In this document: piece by piece, positions 24,201-33,400 of the stretch
How positions within the stretch are numbered: the stretch's first letter is position 1
Layout: each line of letters starts with the position of its first letter
Assembly: GCA_026387155.1 (NCBI GenBank)
Contig: JAPLMF010000026.1
Coordinates: 1 to 43,115, forward strand
Reading direction: 5' to 3'
Length of the DNA stretch: 43,115 nucleotides
Origin: Candidatus Omnitrophota bacterium
GTDB lineage: Bacteria; Omnitrophota; Gorgyraeia; 2-01-FULL-45-10
Translations under genes and position numbers: made by a program
The notes under the pieces: generated by a model
The model's input: the letters and a program-made list of their open reading frames with translations, nothing else
Database searches by the model: none
What the model was told of the DNA's origin: nothing

Positions 24201-26938
24201 AGCGCATGGCACTCATAAACCCCTTCCCAGAACGCTCTTTTATTTCTTTGAATAAGGCCATCTTTAGTTATATTTGCGAGTATGCCCACATGTCCGCTTA
24301 CCACCAGATACAGAATCCAGTCTCTGGCACTATAGACTCTTTTTTCTTTCGAAACAGGGTTGTCCGCTACAGGGGCTTGTGAGCCCCTTTCTCTCATAAC
24401 TTTCGTTGCAATTGAAATCCTTGTATCTGGCGGCAGATCTTTGTAGACAGCATTGATAATTCTCGCTTCGGCAATAAGATTTTCGATGTCTTCATCTCTC
24501 GTGCCGATATGATCTCTTATACGATCAAATAACTCGATGATCTGAGCCGCGAGCATCTCAGGCATCTTTGCTGGGGCGGCCTTCTGCGGAGCGGCTTCTT
24601 TGGCCGGCGCCCCTTGCTTTTCGGTCACCTTCAACGTAAGCGCATCCACCAATCCCTTAATACTGGCTTCCTTGTTGTAAGTAGATGTCGGTATATTGAG
24701 TCCTTCTGATCTTCTAAGAACATTTAGGACTTGTGCTTGGGACACTGGGCCGTTACCGGATTGTGCGGCTTTAAATATACGCTCTACGGCAGCATCATCA
24801 GCGATCAGCTGATTTAGAGTCTTTTCCCATTGTTCCTTGAAATACACATCTACGGCGGACTTTATGGCGCCGGGCTCTATGCTAACGGCGGTGACGCCTT
24901 CGGGAACAGCCGCCTTGTCGATATCTATGCCGAGGTTTTTATTGAAGAGATATTTGACGAACCCTTTGAACTCTTCCGGAGTAAGAAGCCTTACTCCTTC
25001 CGGCGCCGTGAAGCTCTTATAGAAAGCATCGTAGCTGTTCGAATATATCTCTAAAAGGCTTTTACAGTCTTTGGCAAGCTGGGCGACCGTCATGCGTTTA
25101 AATCTCGATTCAGCCTTTTCGGGATCGGATTCGCGCGAAACATAGAACTTAGCTGCCTGGATGATAGCCTGGCCGTAATTTTCGTTAAGCTCGGCAAAGA
25201 GTTTTGCCTGATCCGCAAGATCCCGACTTATCATCCCGCTTATTCCGTTAAAGTACGCCGCGGTCGCCAGGTAATATTGTCCGCTCTGAAGCAGCCCCTT
25301 GTACGACTCGGCCTTATTTGTGAGTATTGCCACATACGGACGCTCGGGTTTTGAAGCGTCAAACTTAGGAAGTATGACGAGATATGATGTCTCTTTCTGG
25401 CGAAGGAGCTCGGTAAGGCCCTTCGTGTGGTAACCGCCTGTGATGAGGGCCGCGACATTCTGGCCTTCCTGGTTCATGCGGCTGACGGTATTGGCAAACA
25501 TGACCGAATTACGCTTTTCAGCGGTGTGATAGAAATCCATAGCCGCCGGTATATACCCGAATATCCGGCCAATATCATAATCACCTTTTAGCGCCACATT
25601 GTATTTGCTGGAGGCATCTCTTAAGAACTCAGCCAGAACCTGGGCATTGCATACCTTGACATTATCCGACAGATATTCAAAATCACCGTTCTGGAGCTTA
25701 AGCTCAAATAGGTCCTGTATAAAATCTACGCATTTCGAAAGATCGTGGAGTTTTTTCTGGTCATCGTTAGCGAAGAGCTTCGCCTTTATCTCATCCTCAA
25801 AATCACGGGCCTCGGCGAATATTCCGAGAAGGTCTATTGCCTCGTAGAGCGCTATATATTCAGTATAGTTTATAAGGTTTTTGTAAGGCGCCGGGGATAT
25901 TCCATTCTTCTGGGCGAGGTCCTCGAGGAATGTGTAATATTCGCCCTGGGAGACCTTATTCGTCTTGAAAGCGAGCGACTTTAGTACCAGCTTTTCTAGC
26001 TCCGCCTTGGCAAGCGACTTACTCAAGGCATCAATAAGCGAGTCGCGTTCTTTATTGGCGGTGTCGAAACTTATACCCTTTTCGAGCTTGAGGGACTCTA
26101 CGAGCTTCGAAAGGTTCGGGTACTTTTCGTAGCTTGAGCCCGTCTTCCCGGCCAGCTTATTCACGAGCTCCCAACGTGCGGTAAAGGTTATCTTGCCATC
26201 CTTATGGAGCACGGAATTGGCGTCAAGTTCTTTTAAGTCGCTCGAATATATCTTCTCCTGGAGCTCTTTCAGCGCGGCCTTCAGGTTGGCCAGATCGGTC
26301 TTCGTAGCTTCATTTATCTCATAAACCTTTCGGAACTGCTCAACATTCGTCTCATAAAGGGGTTTGTCCTCGATACCATATAACGCTATCGGCTTGTTCG
26401 AGGTTATCGCGAAGAACTCGCCGGCCGACATACGCCCCTTCCCCATCAGGTACTTGGCGGTCGAACGCTTTATGTTTTCATCGGGAAATGTCTTTAAGAG
26501 GGACGTGTCTATGTAACCGGTGGAACCTTCTATCGCGATGAGTTTCAAATCGTAATTTGTAACGAGAGAATCTAGTATCGAGGCTATGGACTCCTGGGCC
26601 GCTAGAGATGCGTGCGCGTCCTGGATGTTTATTATCGTCTTGTCGCCCGTGGAATTATAAACTTCTTTCGTTACGGCAACATCCTTGGGGACATTGATAT
26701 TACTATTTATATTGAGAGGGTTAGCTGATGCGGCCTGCTTGCCCCAGATGGGGTCGCCGCCCTGGGCCCATACTATATCTTGGTTAATGAATGCAAAAAC
26801 AACGAGAAGAGCTATTAGACGGATCCACTTCTTGTTCCTAGTGCTCCTCCAATCCATTATGAGCGAAGTAGATTCCAGCTCTTCTCTCGTCGAAGGTTTC
26901 CCGACGACAAAATCATTTGTAACGCGCCAAGCATTCAT
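21167..26938 (-). CDS. Giant-locus segment 1 (N-terminus). In order: signal anchor, possible TIKI/TraB/ChaN-like domain, Pro/Ala linkers, SLT-like lytic transglycosylase motif, TM helices, first P-loop of the SecA-like motor.
   Basis: A 1,923-aa ORF. ATG at 26938 is preceded by GTGAGGCG about 8 nt upstream (SD-like) and by a promoter-like element. KKWIRLIALLVVFAFINQDIVWAQ is a signal/anchor. The last 30 residues (RVPKARASWLQRRATTWQRGTLELPDRLKASLAAP) look like out-of-frame read-through after GFGKTLTL. Confidence 0.85.
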   Translation of the reverse strand: MNAWRVTNDFVVGKPSTREELESTSLIMDWRSTRNKKWIRLIALLVVFAFINQDIVWAQGGDPIWGKQAASANPLNINSNINVPKDVAVTKEVYNSTGDKTIINIQDAHASLAAQESIASILDSLVTNYDLKLIAIEGSTGYIDTSLLKTFPDENIKRSTAKYLMGKGRMSAGEFFAITSNKPIALYGIEDKPLYETNVEQFRKVYEINEATKTDLANLKAALKELQEKIYSSDLKELDANSVLHKDGKITFTARWELVNKLAGKTGSSYEKYPNLSKLVESLKLEKGISFDTANKERDSLIDALSKSLAKAELEKLVLKSLAFKTNKVSQGEYYTFLEDLAQKNGISPAPYKNLINYTEYIALYEAIDLLGIFAEARDFEDEIKAKLFANDDQKKLHDLSKCVDFIQDLFELKLQNGDFEYLSDNVKVCNAQVLAEFLRDASSKYNVALKGDYDIGRIFGYIPAAMDFYHTAEKRNSVMFANTVSRMNQEGQNVAALITGGYHTKGLTELLRQKETSYLVILPKFDASKPERPYVAILTNKAESYKGLLQSGQYYLATAAYFNGISGMISRDLADQAKLFAELNENYGQAIIQAAKFYVSRESDPEKAESRFKRMTVAQLAKDCKSLLEIYSNSYDAFYKSFTAPEGVRLLTPEEFKGFVKYLFNKNLGIDIDKAAVPEGVTAVSIEPGAIKSAVDVYFKEQWEKTLNQLIADDAAVERIFKAAQSGNGPVSQAQVLNVLRRSEGLNIPTSTYNKEASIKGLVDALTLKVTEKQGAPAKEAAPQKAAPAKMPEMLAAQIIELFDRIRDHIGTRDEDIENLIAEARIINAVYKDLPPDTRISIATKVMRERGSQAPVADNPVSKEKRVYSARDWILYLVVSGHVGILANITKDGLIQRNKRAFWEGVYECHALKNDIESRENEPGSGAGVLIERATEMWSLAAYGGEITAEDIRKLTEDLHKYLGKAPVQAPVTAAPTPKAVSQERPVKPQAAPAEVKKPTALYTHWSTVLLAILITILAAVAPSMAAQTAAQTFMRTPAAIPQRAVTTQVTPTAPAAPYNRGIPFHPNVDTKADGDTRFSQLIPLAAAAAFITEPLTNLVPTDPKSAKANMNRNEFIVMLCILEHESMGGRRRTQLEAGAGTGLGQIQVWKDPRYNNFRDFLDRLSRRNDGGVLKTNIETTIRFVHDNYFPKGPATIKELKDASIDVQKAYLVLCDAFAVYMTRVALALDPDPMPDAGSCTNALQLRDKIAEYWFNVYNRDGSLARADRREATLKKALAEDVPFNLSRYSRDMEMYRGKTGSKYRSLYNNAVKLHREWTNKKATLEKQLAGIPDERKRALLEKEGKIEGMKRAIDRVFTRLAAMQNQAGSNLKLTGSVQNFMVTTAGISVVEKPSAPKVQKESVVNAVQKAVTETKGPAWKKIATGAIIVFLAVMDIILATLWLRARAKRNISGTNRGRLLSIGGILLLGTALSSYAGEAARGIAQDSAGGVGIGTGLVLVGAAIGIVLGARWCLKIFKKAPSLKKPVPKKLADIIKPEEVTGPIYKMNSVQLEAKIASLGIGFNEAQKAMKNFDPEKNPAPYLMLKKITSEIGDLRKNPNWKQFENEVAKLEKAVRMRAGKGVTLEMQRYRDSKPFFRDNRAGRWLFDNVIAPVFESFIFPVVLGLGSGTLLANIMGLDMTSGAASAIVAVTMTAAILIFVHRHISLGKIRSSISPRAPPGLRKEVIEKTVVPILVSLPSAIFLIGTFFAPQILTHILGQTPQSVFLMFFLINSGWHILSNWLIQPLMNKLSAIFGWGIKFEKGVTGTEAPPAAPAPAIMTDEEFLANPIYTDEMRSALKVELEYLRGENITPDYEKLKVQAAAAPELVKGKMYQMLMGFGKTLTLRVPKARASWLQRRATTWQRGTLELPDRLKASLAAP
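23250..23610 (-). other. SLT-family (goose-lysozyme-like) lytic transglycosylase motif region
   Basis: The sequence is NRNEFIVMLCILEHESMGGRRRTQLEAGAGTGLGQIQVW, with Glu-Ser codons at 23555-23560 and GLGQIQ at about 23489-23508. The canonical SLT pattern is E-S-x(10-12)-G-A-x-G-L-M-Q-I/L. A later EYWFNVYNRDGS resembles the AYNxG motif. Confidence 0.5.
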
Positions 26939-26996
26939 CTAGAGACGCCTCACTTTTGTAGTGTTAACAACTGACTTTTTGTTGTATCACACTACA

Positions 26997-27024
26997 AGTA
27001 TATCATTATATAGAATCATGTCAA
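26997..27024 (-). promoter_or_regulatory. Sigma70-like promoter for the giant locus
   Basis: On the coding strand: TTGACA (27024-27019), 16 nt, TATACT (27002-26997). It sits about 60 nt upstream of ATG 26938 in an AT-rich 285-nt intergenic region. It is flanked by CTGACTTTTT(T)G direct repeats at 26971-26981 and 27035-27046. Confidence 0.5.
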
Positions 27025-27072
27025 TAGAAAATATCTGACTTTTTTGTAACTAAACATTACTGAGCCCACACA

Positions 27073-27109
27073 GGGGTGGAACGAAACGGAATTAAAGTTA
27101 TTCCACCCC
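27073..27109 (-). terminator. GC-rich hairpin downstream of the RND operon (candidate terminator or structured element)
   Basis: GGGGTGGAA (27073-27081) pairs with TTCCACCCC (27101-27109) across a 19-nt loop. It lies 115 nt after the RND stop at 27224. No clear U-tract follows on the minus-strand RNA, so terminator function is uncertain. Confidence 0.3.
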
Positions 27110-27223
27110 CGGCGTGGAATATTGCCAGGTTCGCTCATACAAAACGGTTACGTGGAGTTCAGTGCTGGGTTATCTGCTATCGTATGAAGGATCTTATGCG
27201 GCTAGAAAGATGGATTCGGAAAA

Positions 27224-30091
27224 TCAGACTCTCTTATACCTGGCTAATGTCTTTCTTGTCAACCTTTTTGCGTCCTCAAATATGATATAGACGCTCGGAA
27301 CTATCATAAGCGTCAGTATGGTGGAGCTTGTCAGCCCACCCATTACTGTTATTGACAACGGACTCCACAAATTTGACCCTTCCTGCGTACTTATAGCCAT
27401 CGGCAGAAGCCCCAGAAGAGTAGCTATTGTGGTCATCAATATAGGCCTCAGCCTGTCTCTCGACGCCAGGACCACAGCTTTAACATGCCCCATATTTTTC
27501 TTCCGCAAATTATTGGTGTGATCTATCAAAAGTATGGAATTACTTACCACTATGCCTCCTAACATCATTATTCCTACAAGGACCCCCATTCCGACGGACT
27601 TCCCAGTGATATATAGCGCTATCACAACACCTATAAGGGCTAGTGGGACTGCCGTCATAATTATAAAGGGCTGAGAATACGATTCAAAGAGCGATGCGAG
27701 CACCAGATATATTAGCACAATCGTAAGTATTATCATGAGCGGGAACTGATGCTGTGTCGCCATCATCGTCGGATAGTTGCCGCCAAGCTTGAAATAATAT
27801 CCCTCAGGAAGCTTCAGGTCGGCCATGACGGACTTGGTCATTTCTCCGGCCTTCGAAAGCGGTATCCTGCCTATGTTGGCGCTGACCTGTATCATTCGCG
27901 TCTTATTCTTACGCCAGACTTCACTCGGGCCCAGACCGTACTTAAAGTCAACCACCTGTTCCAGATACACCCTGTCTTCGTCCTTGTTCACCAATATCAA
28001 TTTATGCAGATCTTTGAATGTTTTTCGGTATTTTTCGTCAAGCCTTGCAATAGTTTCGACCTCGCTTGAGGATGTGTGAAATAACGTAGCCCTGAGTCCC
28101 CTCATCTGCGCATGGATCATATCGGCAACATCCGTCACGGTCATATCCATCAAACTCGCCTTCTTCCGGTCGACCTTTAACCCAAGCTCAGGACGCCCCT
28201 CCCTCATCCTTATCTTAGTATCGGTAAAACCTTTCACGGTTCCGAGCCTCGTGGCCATAGATATTGCTATCTCTCTTAGGGTGCCATAATCGTAGCCGAA
28301 TAGTTCTACTATGACTTCTTTAGTCCCGACCTCCTGCTCTTCCTCGAAATATATGAACGCGGGCCTTACCTTCTCCACCTTGGGACGCAGGCTCTCTATG
28401 ACCTCGGCAACCGAACGCTTCCTGTGGATGAGGCCGACAAGCTCTACATAGACCTTGCTCGACCACGGCTCTACTCTCGATGAAAAAGTCTTAACTTCCG
28501 GTATCTCTCTAATGAGAGATTCGACCTTCTTTACCACAGCATTCGTAACGTCCAGTTTGGCTCCGGTGGGCATTTCAACAAATACGGTAAATTTATTCTG
28601 CTCGGTCGTGCCCAGAAACTCCATTCCCAGTTTTGTGAACATGAATGCCGACACCGCGAATATTATGAATGCATACAATAGCGCGCGGTAACGGTACCTC
28701 ATCACAAGCATCACGCCCTTCCTCTGGAATGAATATACCGACCTCATGACTCCGACTATATTCGTCTTACCGTAACCCTTCGGTATATCCTCTAAAGAGA
28801 ACTTCATCCTTGAAGCCAAAAGCGGCACTACTGTTATAGCCACAAATAGCGATACAACCAGCGATATTGTAACCGTCCAGGCCACTCCTCCGTAAAGGAG
28901 CCTTATCTCCTGCCCGACATATATCATAGGAAAAAATACCACTATGTGGGTAAGGGTGGCCGAAAGTATGGCGACCCAGACTTCATTAGTGCCATCTATG
29001 GCTGCGGATACCCCGGTAAGGCCTTCCTCATTTTTCTTTAAAATATTCTCAAACACTACTATGGAATTGTCGACGAGAAGGCCTACGCCTATGGCGAGAC
29101 CGAAGAATGTCATGAAATTTAGCGATAGTTTCATTGCCCACATGAGCGAAAAAGTTATTATTACGGATATTGGGATCGATGATGTGACTATCAAGAGAGG
29201 CCTTAACTTCGCTATAGATACCGACGCTATGATCATCGCCACGAGTACTATGTAAAGAAATTTCACCGGCATGAAGAGCGTAAGGACCAGGAGCGAGGTC
29301 GTTATTATAAGAAGTCTCCTGTCCATCTTTATGAGGAAGTAAGCCAAAACTATCATAATAAGCCCGGCGCCTTTTAAGAGAGAATCCCTTAAATTATCTA
29401 TAGCCTTTATTATGAAGTCGGCCTGATTGGAGGTAAATACTATCTGGATGTCGCTTGGCAATACGGTCCTTAAGCGCTCCACTTCTTTTTCTATTTGCTT
29501 GGCTACTTTAATTGTGTTTGCCGTAGACTCTTTCTGCACATATATTGAGACGACCGGCCTTATATTGACCCTTGCATATCCTGTAGGCTCCAAATATGAA
29601 TCGAGCACATTGGCAACGTCCTTAAGCCTTATTATGAGCCCGTTCGGCAGGGCCTGTACCGGGATATTTTTTATCTCGTCGACGGTTTTATACAGCCCTA
29701 TCATCCTTATCAGGTACTTGTCATCGGTCCGCGCTATTTCTCCGGATAATAGGTTTAAGTTATTCTGGCTTATCATAGATATGATGCGCTCAAGCGATAG
29801 GTTGTATGCCGCCATCTTCCGCTGGTCGGCCTCGACCAGGATCTTCCTCTCTCTGCCGCCGGCGACTTCGGCGTCCGCCACGCCGCTGACGCGCTTTATC
29901 GCCTCGCGCACGTTCTCGTCGACTATCTTTCTTATCTCTTCCGTAGAGCGTTTTAAGCTTGTAACGGCTAGGATCACTATCGGGACATCGGAGCGCTTGA
30001 ACTGCGCTATGATCGGCTTCTCTATCTCTTTGGGTAATTTATTCTTCACCCTGGCGAACTTCTCCCTGACATCCAGAGCGGCGAACTCCAT
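27224..30091 (-). CDS. RND efflux permease (AcrB/HAE-type), C-terminal 955 aa of a gene split by a 68-nt duplication
   Basis: Typical ACR_tran architecture and sequence (12 TM helices, large periplasmic loops). The listed start MEFAALDVREKF is internal to the conserved N-terminal porter domain. Removing one 68-nt copy joins it in frame to ORF 30112..30462, giving 3,171 nt (1,056 aa). The neighbouring paralog is 1,059 aa. Confidence 0.9.
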   Translation of the reverse strand: MEFAALDVREKFARVKNKLPKEIEKPIIAQFKRSDVPIVILAVTSLKRSTEEIRKIVDENVREAIKRVSGVADAEVAGGRERKILVEADQRKMAAYNLSLERIISMISQNNLNLLSGEIARTDDKYLIRMIGLYKTVDEIKNIPVQALPNGLIIRLKDVANVLDSYLEPTGYARVNIRPVVSIYVQKESTANTIKVAKQIEKEVERLRTVLPSDIQIVFTSNQADFIIKAIDNLRDSLLKGAGLIMIVLAYFLIKMDRRLLIITTSLLVLTLFMPVKFLYIVLVAMIIASVSIAKLRPLLIVTSSIPISVIITFSLMWAMKLSLNFMTFFGLAIGVGLLVDNSIVVFENILKKNEEGLTGVSAAIDGTNEVWVAILSATLTHIVVFFPMIYVGQEIRLLYGGVAWTVTISLVVSLFVAITVVPLLASRMKFSLEDIPKGYGKTNIVGVMRSVYSFQRKGVMLVMRYRYRALLYAFIIFAVSAFMFTKLGMEFLGTTEQNKFTVFVEMPTGAKLDVTNAVVKKVESLIREIPEVKTFSSRVEPWSSKVYVELVGLIHRKRSVAEVIESLRPKVEKVRPAFIYFEEEQEVGTKEVIVELFGYDYGTLREIAISMATRLGTVKGFTDTKIRMREGRPELGLKVDRKKASLMDMTVTDVADMIHAQMRGLRATLFHTSSSEVETIARLDEKYRKTFKDLHKLILVNKDEDRVYLEQVVDFKYGLGPSEVWRKNKTRMIQVSANIGRIPLSKAGEMTKSVMADLKLPEGYYFKLGGNYPTMMATQHQFPLMIILTIVLIYLVLASLFESYSQPFIIMTAVPLALIGVVIALYITGKSVGMGVLVGIMMLGGIVVSNSILLIDHTNNLRKKNMGHVKAVVLASRDRLRPILMTTIATLLGLLPMAISTQEGSNLWSPLSITVMGGLTSSTILTLMIVPSVYIIFEDAKRLTRKTLARYKRV

Positions 30092-30204
30092 ATTGATCCC
30101 GGGCTCAAAACTTAAGACGACGGTCGATTCGCCTTCTCATCTAGCGCCGCGAAGTCCATATTGATGCCGGGCTCGAAGCTCAATACAACCGTCGATTCTC
30201 CTTC
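30069..30204 (-). repeat. Imperfect 68-nt tandem duplication inside the RND gene
   Basis: Copy 30069-30136 and copy 30137-30204 differ at 13 of 68 positions. Twelve of the 13 mismatches sit at positions that are multiples of 3 within the repeat, which is the wobble phase. Both copies encode (K/E)GESTVVLSFEPGINM(D/E)FAALD. Confidence 0.9.
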
Positions 30205-30462
30205 CTTAGATATCGAGAGCATCTCCTCCAGATGGCTTACCGTACCGACTGCCTCTTCGACGGGTTTCGATACGAGCGCCTCTACTTCCGTAGGGGGGAT
30301 GCCGCCGCGTACCTCAATTATTATACTCACCTCGCCGAACGCTATGTTTGGATACAGCTCTACCGGAAGCTGCGTCAGCGCCAAAAGCCCCGCCAACACC
30401 AGCGCCGAGTAGATCATGAGCATGGTGATCGGTTTTTGTATGGAGAACGAAGGAAGGCTCAT
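30112..30462 (-). CDS. RND efflux permease, N-terminal 116-aa fragment of the same split gene
   Basis: MSLPSFSIQKPITMLMIYSALVLAGLLALTQLPVELYPNIAFGEVSIIIEVRGGIPPTEVEALVSKPVEEAV is the canonical RND N-terminus (TM1 plus the start of PN1). It parallels residues 1-100 of ORF 30474..33653 and ends out of frame after the duplication. Confidence 0.85.
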   Translation of the reverse strand: MSLPSFSIQKPITMLMIYSALVLAGLLALTQLPVELYPNIAFGEVSIIIEVRGGIPPTEVEALVSKPVEEAVGTVSHLEEMLSISKEGESTVVLSFEPGINMDFAALDEKANRPSS

Positions 30463-30473
30463 TTAAGGCTCTT

Positions 30474-33400
30474 TTATTTCTTTTTGAACAGCTTATTTGC
30501 GAACTCTGCCGCGCCGATGTACATCGTCGGGATGACTACAAGGGTAAGCACCGTTCCCACCATAAGTCCTCCCATGACCGTAATGGCCATGGGGCTCCTG
30601 AGCTCGGCGCCCTCTCCTCCGAGGAACGCCATCGGCAAAAGGCCTAGCACCGTCGCCAGGGCGGTCATCATGATGGGACGAAAACGCACGGAACTTGCCT
30701 GTACCACGGCTTTTTCAAGCGGTACGCCTTTCTTCAGAAAAAGATTCACACAGTCCATGAGCACTATGGCATTATTAACGACTATGCCGACCAGTATACC
30801 GACGCCCATTAATACATATGCGCTTACGCTTGTATGTGTTATGAATAGCGCCCACGACACCCCTATCAAGCCCAGCGGTATCGTAAACATTATTATGAAC
30901 GGCTGCCATAGCGACTCAAATAGCGCGGCCATAACCATATATACCAGGAGAAAGGCCGCTATGATGGCATTGCGCATGCTGTCAAACGAGGCCCTCATCT
31001 CTTCGGACTCACCGGTTATCCTCACGATATAATTTTTCGGTGCATGCAGATTGTCGATCAAGACTTTGACGTCCTGCATGACATCGGTGATCTTGCGCTC
31101 ATAGACATTGGCATATACGAGCACGGACCTCTCCTGGGCCACCCGTTTTATCTCACTGGGGCCCCTGCCCTTACCGAATGACGCTACGCTTGAAAGGTTG
31201 GTTCTCATGCCGGTAGGGGTCTGTAGCTCCATCTGGCCGAGTTTTTCGAAATCTCTCCTGTCGCTCTCTCTTAAACGAACGCGTATATCGTACTCCTCGC
31301 CCCTCTCTTTTAACTTTGATGATATATAACCTTTTAGTCCTAAGAGCGAAGTCTGGGCTATGTCTGTGACGGAAAGGCCATAAAGCGAAGCCTTGTCCTT
31401 ATCTATATAGATCTTTACTTCGGGGGACGGATCGGAAAGGTCGTTCTTTATGCCATAGACTCCTTTTATTCTGGAAAGCCCCCCTTGCACTTCTCTGGCA
31501 AGTTTCTCGAGCTCCTTTAAATCATTGCCCTTTATCTCGACGGTAATGGGGGCCTGCGCCGAAAGGCCGGCCTCAAGCACATTTTCCTGGAGGCTGTATT
31601 CTATGCGCGCTTCGCCCAGTTCCCCGGACGAAAAATGGTTCTTCACTATCTGGACGACATCGGCGGATTTAAGCTTTCTTTTCTTCTTGAGCGACACGAC
31701 CACCTCTGCCTGGTTAGAGTTCAGGCGGTCCACTATATTCCTCGTGGCCGATTCTTTCGTGGATCCCACGGTAGCGCTGGTAGATTCTACTTCAGATATG
31801 GATGACAGGAATTTTTCCATCTTTTCGGACATTCTGTTGGTCGTCTCAAGGCGCGTGCCGGCCGGCATCTCTATCTTGATAGTGAACTGCCCCTGGTCGA
31901 CCTTCGGCATCAGCTCTTTATCCATAACAGCGAAGAGCCCCATAGAGAGAAGGAATATGACTACCGTATAGAATATGTATCTTCCTTTATGCTTTATGAA
32001 CCTCTCGAGCAGCCTTTCAAAAAACTCTCTCACCCTGGAGACAAGAGCGGATTTGTCGAGCTTGGCCTTATCGTCGCTTACTTCGGCGGCGATATCTTTT
32101 CCTAAAGATACGCCCCTTGAAGCTAATAGCGGTATTATCGTTACCGATGCGACCCATGAGGCCAGAAGCGAGAACGTCACCGTAAGGGCAAAGTCCTTGG
32201 ATATCTGGCCGACTATGCCTATTACAAATATAAGGGGCACAAATACGACTACCGTGGTCAGGACCGATCCCGCGACCGACACGGTAACCTCTTCCGAGCC
32301 GATTATCGCGGCTTTCTTATTGTCGTCACCCATCTGCATATGCCTGAATATATTCTCAATGACTACTATAGCGGCATCTACGAGCGACCCGACGCCGAAC
32401 GCCAGCCCTCCAAGCGACATCATATTTATCGACACGCCGGAGAAGAACATGATCGCGAAAGTTGCCATCACAGATATAGGTATCGTCAACGTCACTATGA
32501 CAGAGCTCCAGGTATTGCGCAGAAAGTATAGAAGCACGAAGAATACTATAACGCCGCCCTGCCACGCCGCGTCCCAGACGCCGGTTATAGAACTGCGGAT
32601 AAACGCGGACTGATCGTAGACGATCCTTATATCCACGTCTTTTGGTATGTTGCTCCTGAGATCCACAAGGCGGCTCTTCACCCGGTTTATTATCTTCACG
32701 GTGTTACCGAGGGCCTGTTTCTGTACCGCTATGGATATATTCTCTTTGCCGTTAAACCGCGAATAACTTGTACGTTCTTTAACGTTATCTATGACCTCGG
32801 CAACGTCTTTAACATATATGAGACGCCTGTCTTTGGCTATAGCCCTGCCGCCCTGCTGCTCCCTCTGATATCGGGCCTGCTCCTCCTCGGTGGCCCCGCG
32901 ATCCTGGAAACCTATGGCCACATCCTCTATCTCACTGACCTTGCCAAACTCGCCCAGCGTCCTTATAAGATATTCGTAAAAGCTCTCCTTTATCGTGCCT
33001 GCCGGGTAATTTAAGTTGGCGCTCGATATCGCTTTCGAGACATCGAGTATCGGTATCTGTCTGGCCTTCAGCTTATCCTGGTTTATCTGCACCTCTATTT
33101 CGCGTTCCAGACCGCCGGAGATGGTGGCGGAAGCCACGCCTTCGACTTTTTCAACCTCATCCTTTATCATCTTCCTCGTCAGTTCTCTGAGCGAAACGGG
33201 CGTGCGGTCAGCTTTCGATGTGGTGACGCTCAAGATGAGCACCGGCTTGTCGAAAGGATTATAAGATATAACCGTGGGTTCCTCGGCCTCTCTCGGGAGC
33301 CTCTCCTTTATCAGATCTATCTTCTCGCGCATACCGAGAGCCGCGAAGTTGATATTCTGGTTCCAGCCAAATTCGGCTATTACAAGCGATAGGCCTTCTT

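Noticed and set aside
27110-27223. Possible small RNA or tRNA-like element in the 115-nt tail after the RND stop (contains GGTTCGCTC).
   Set aside because: There is no cloverleaf, no T-loop consensus (GGTTCGAAT) and no acceptor pairing. The sequence looks like ordinary 3' UTR.
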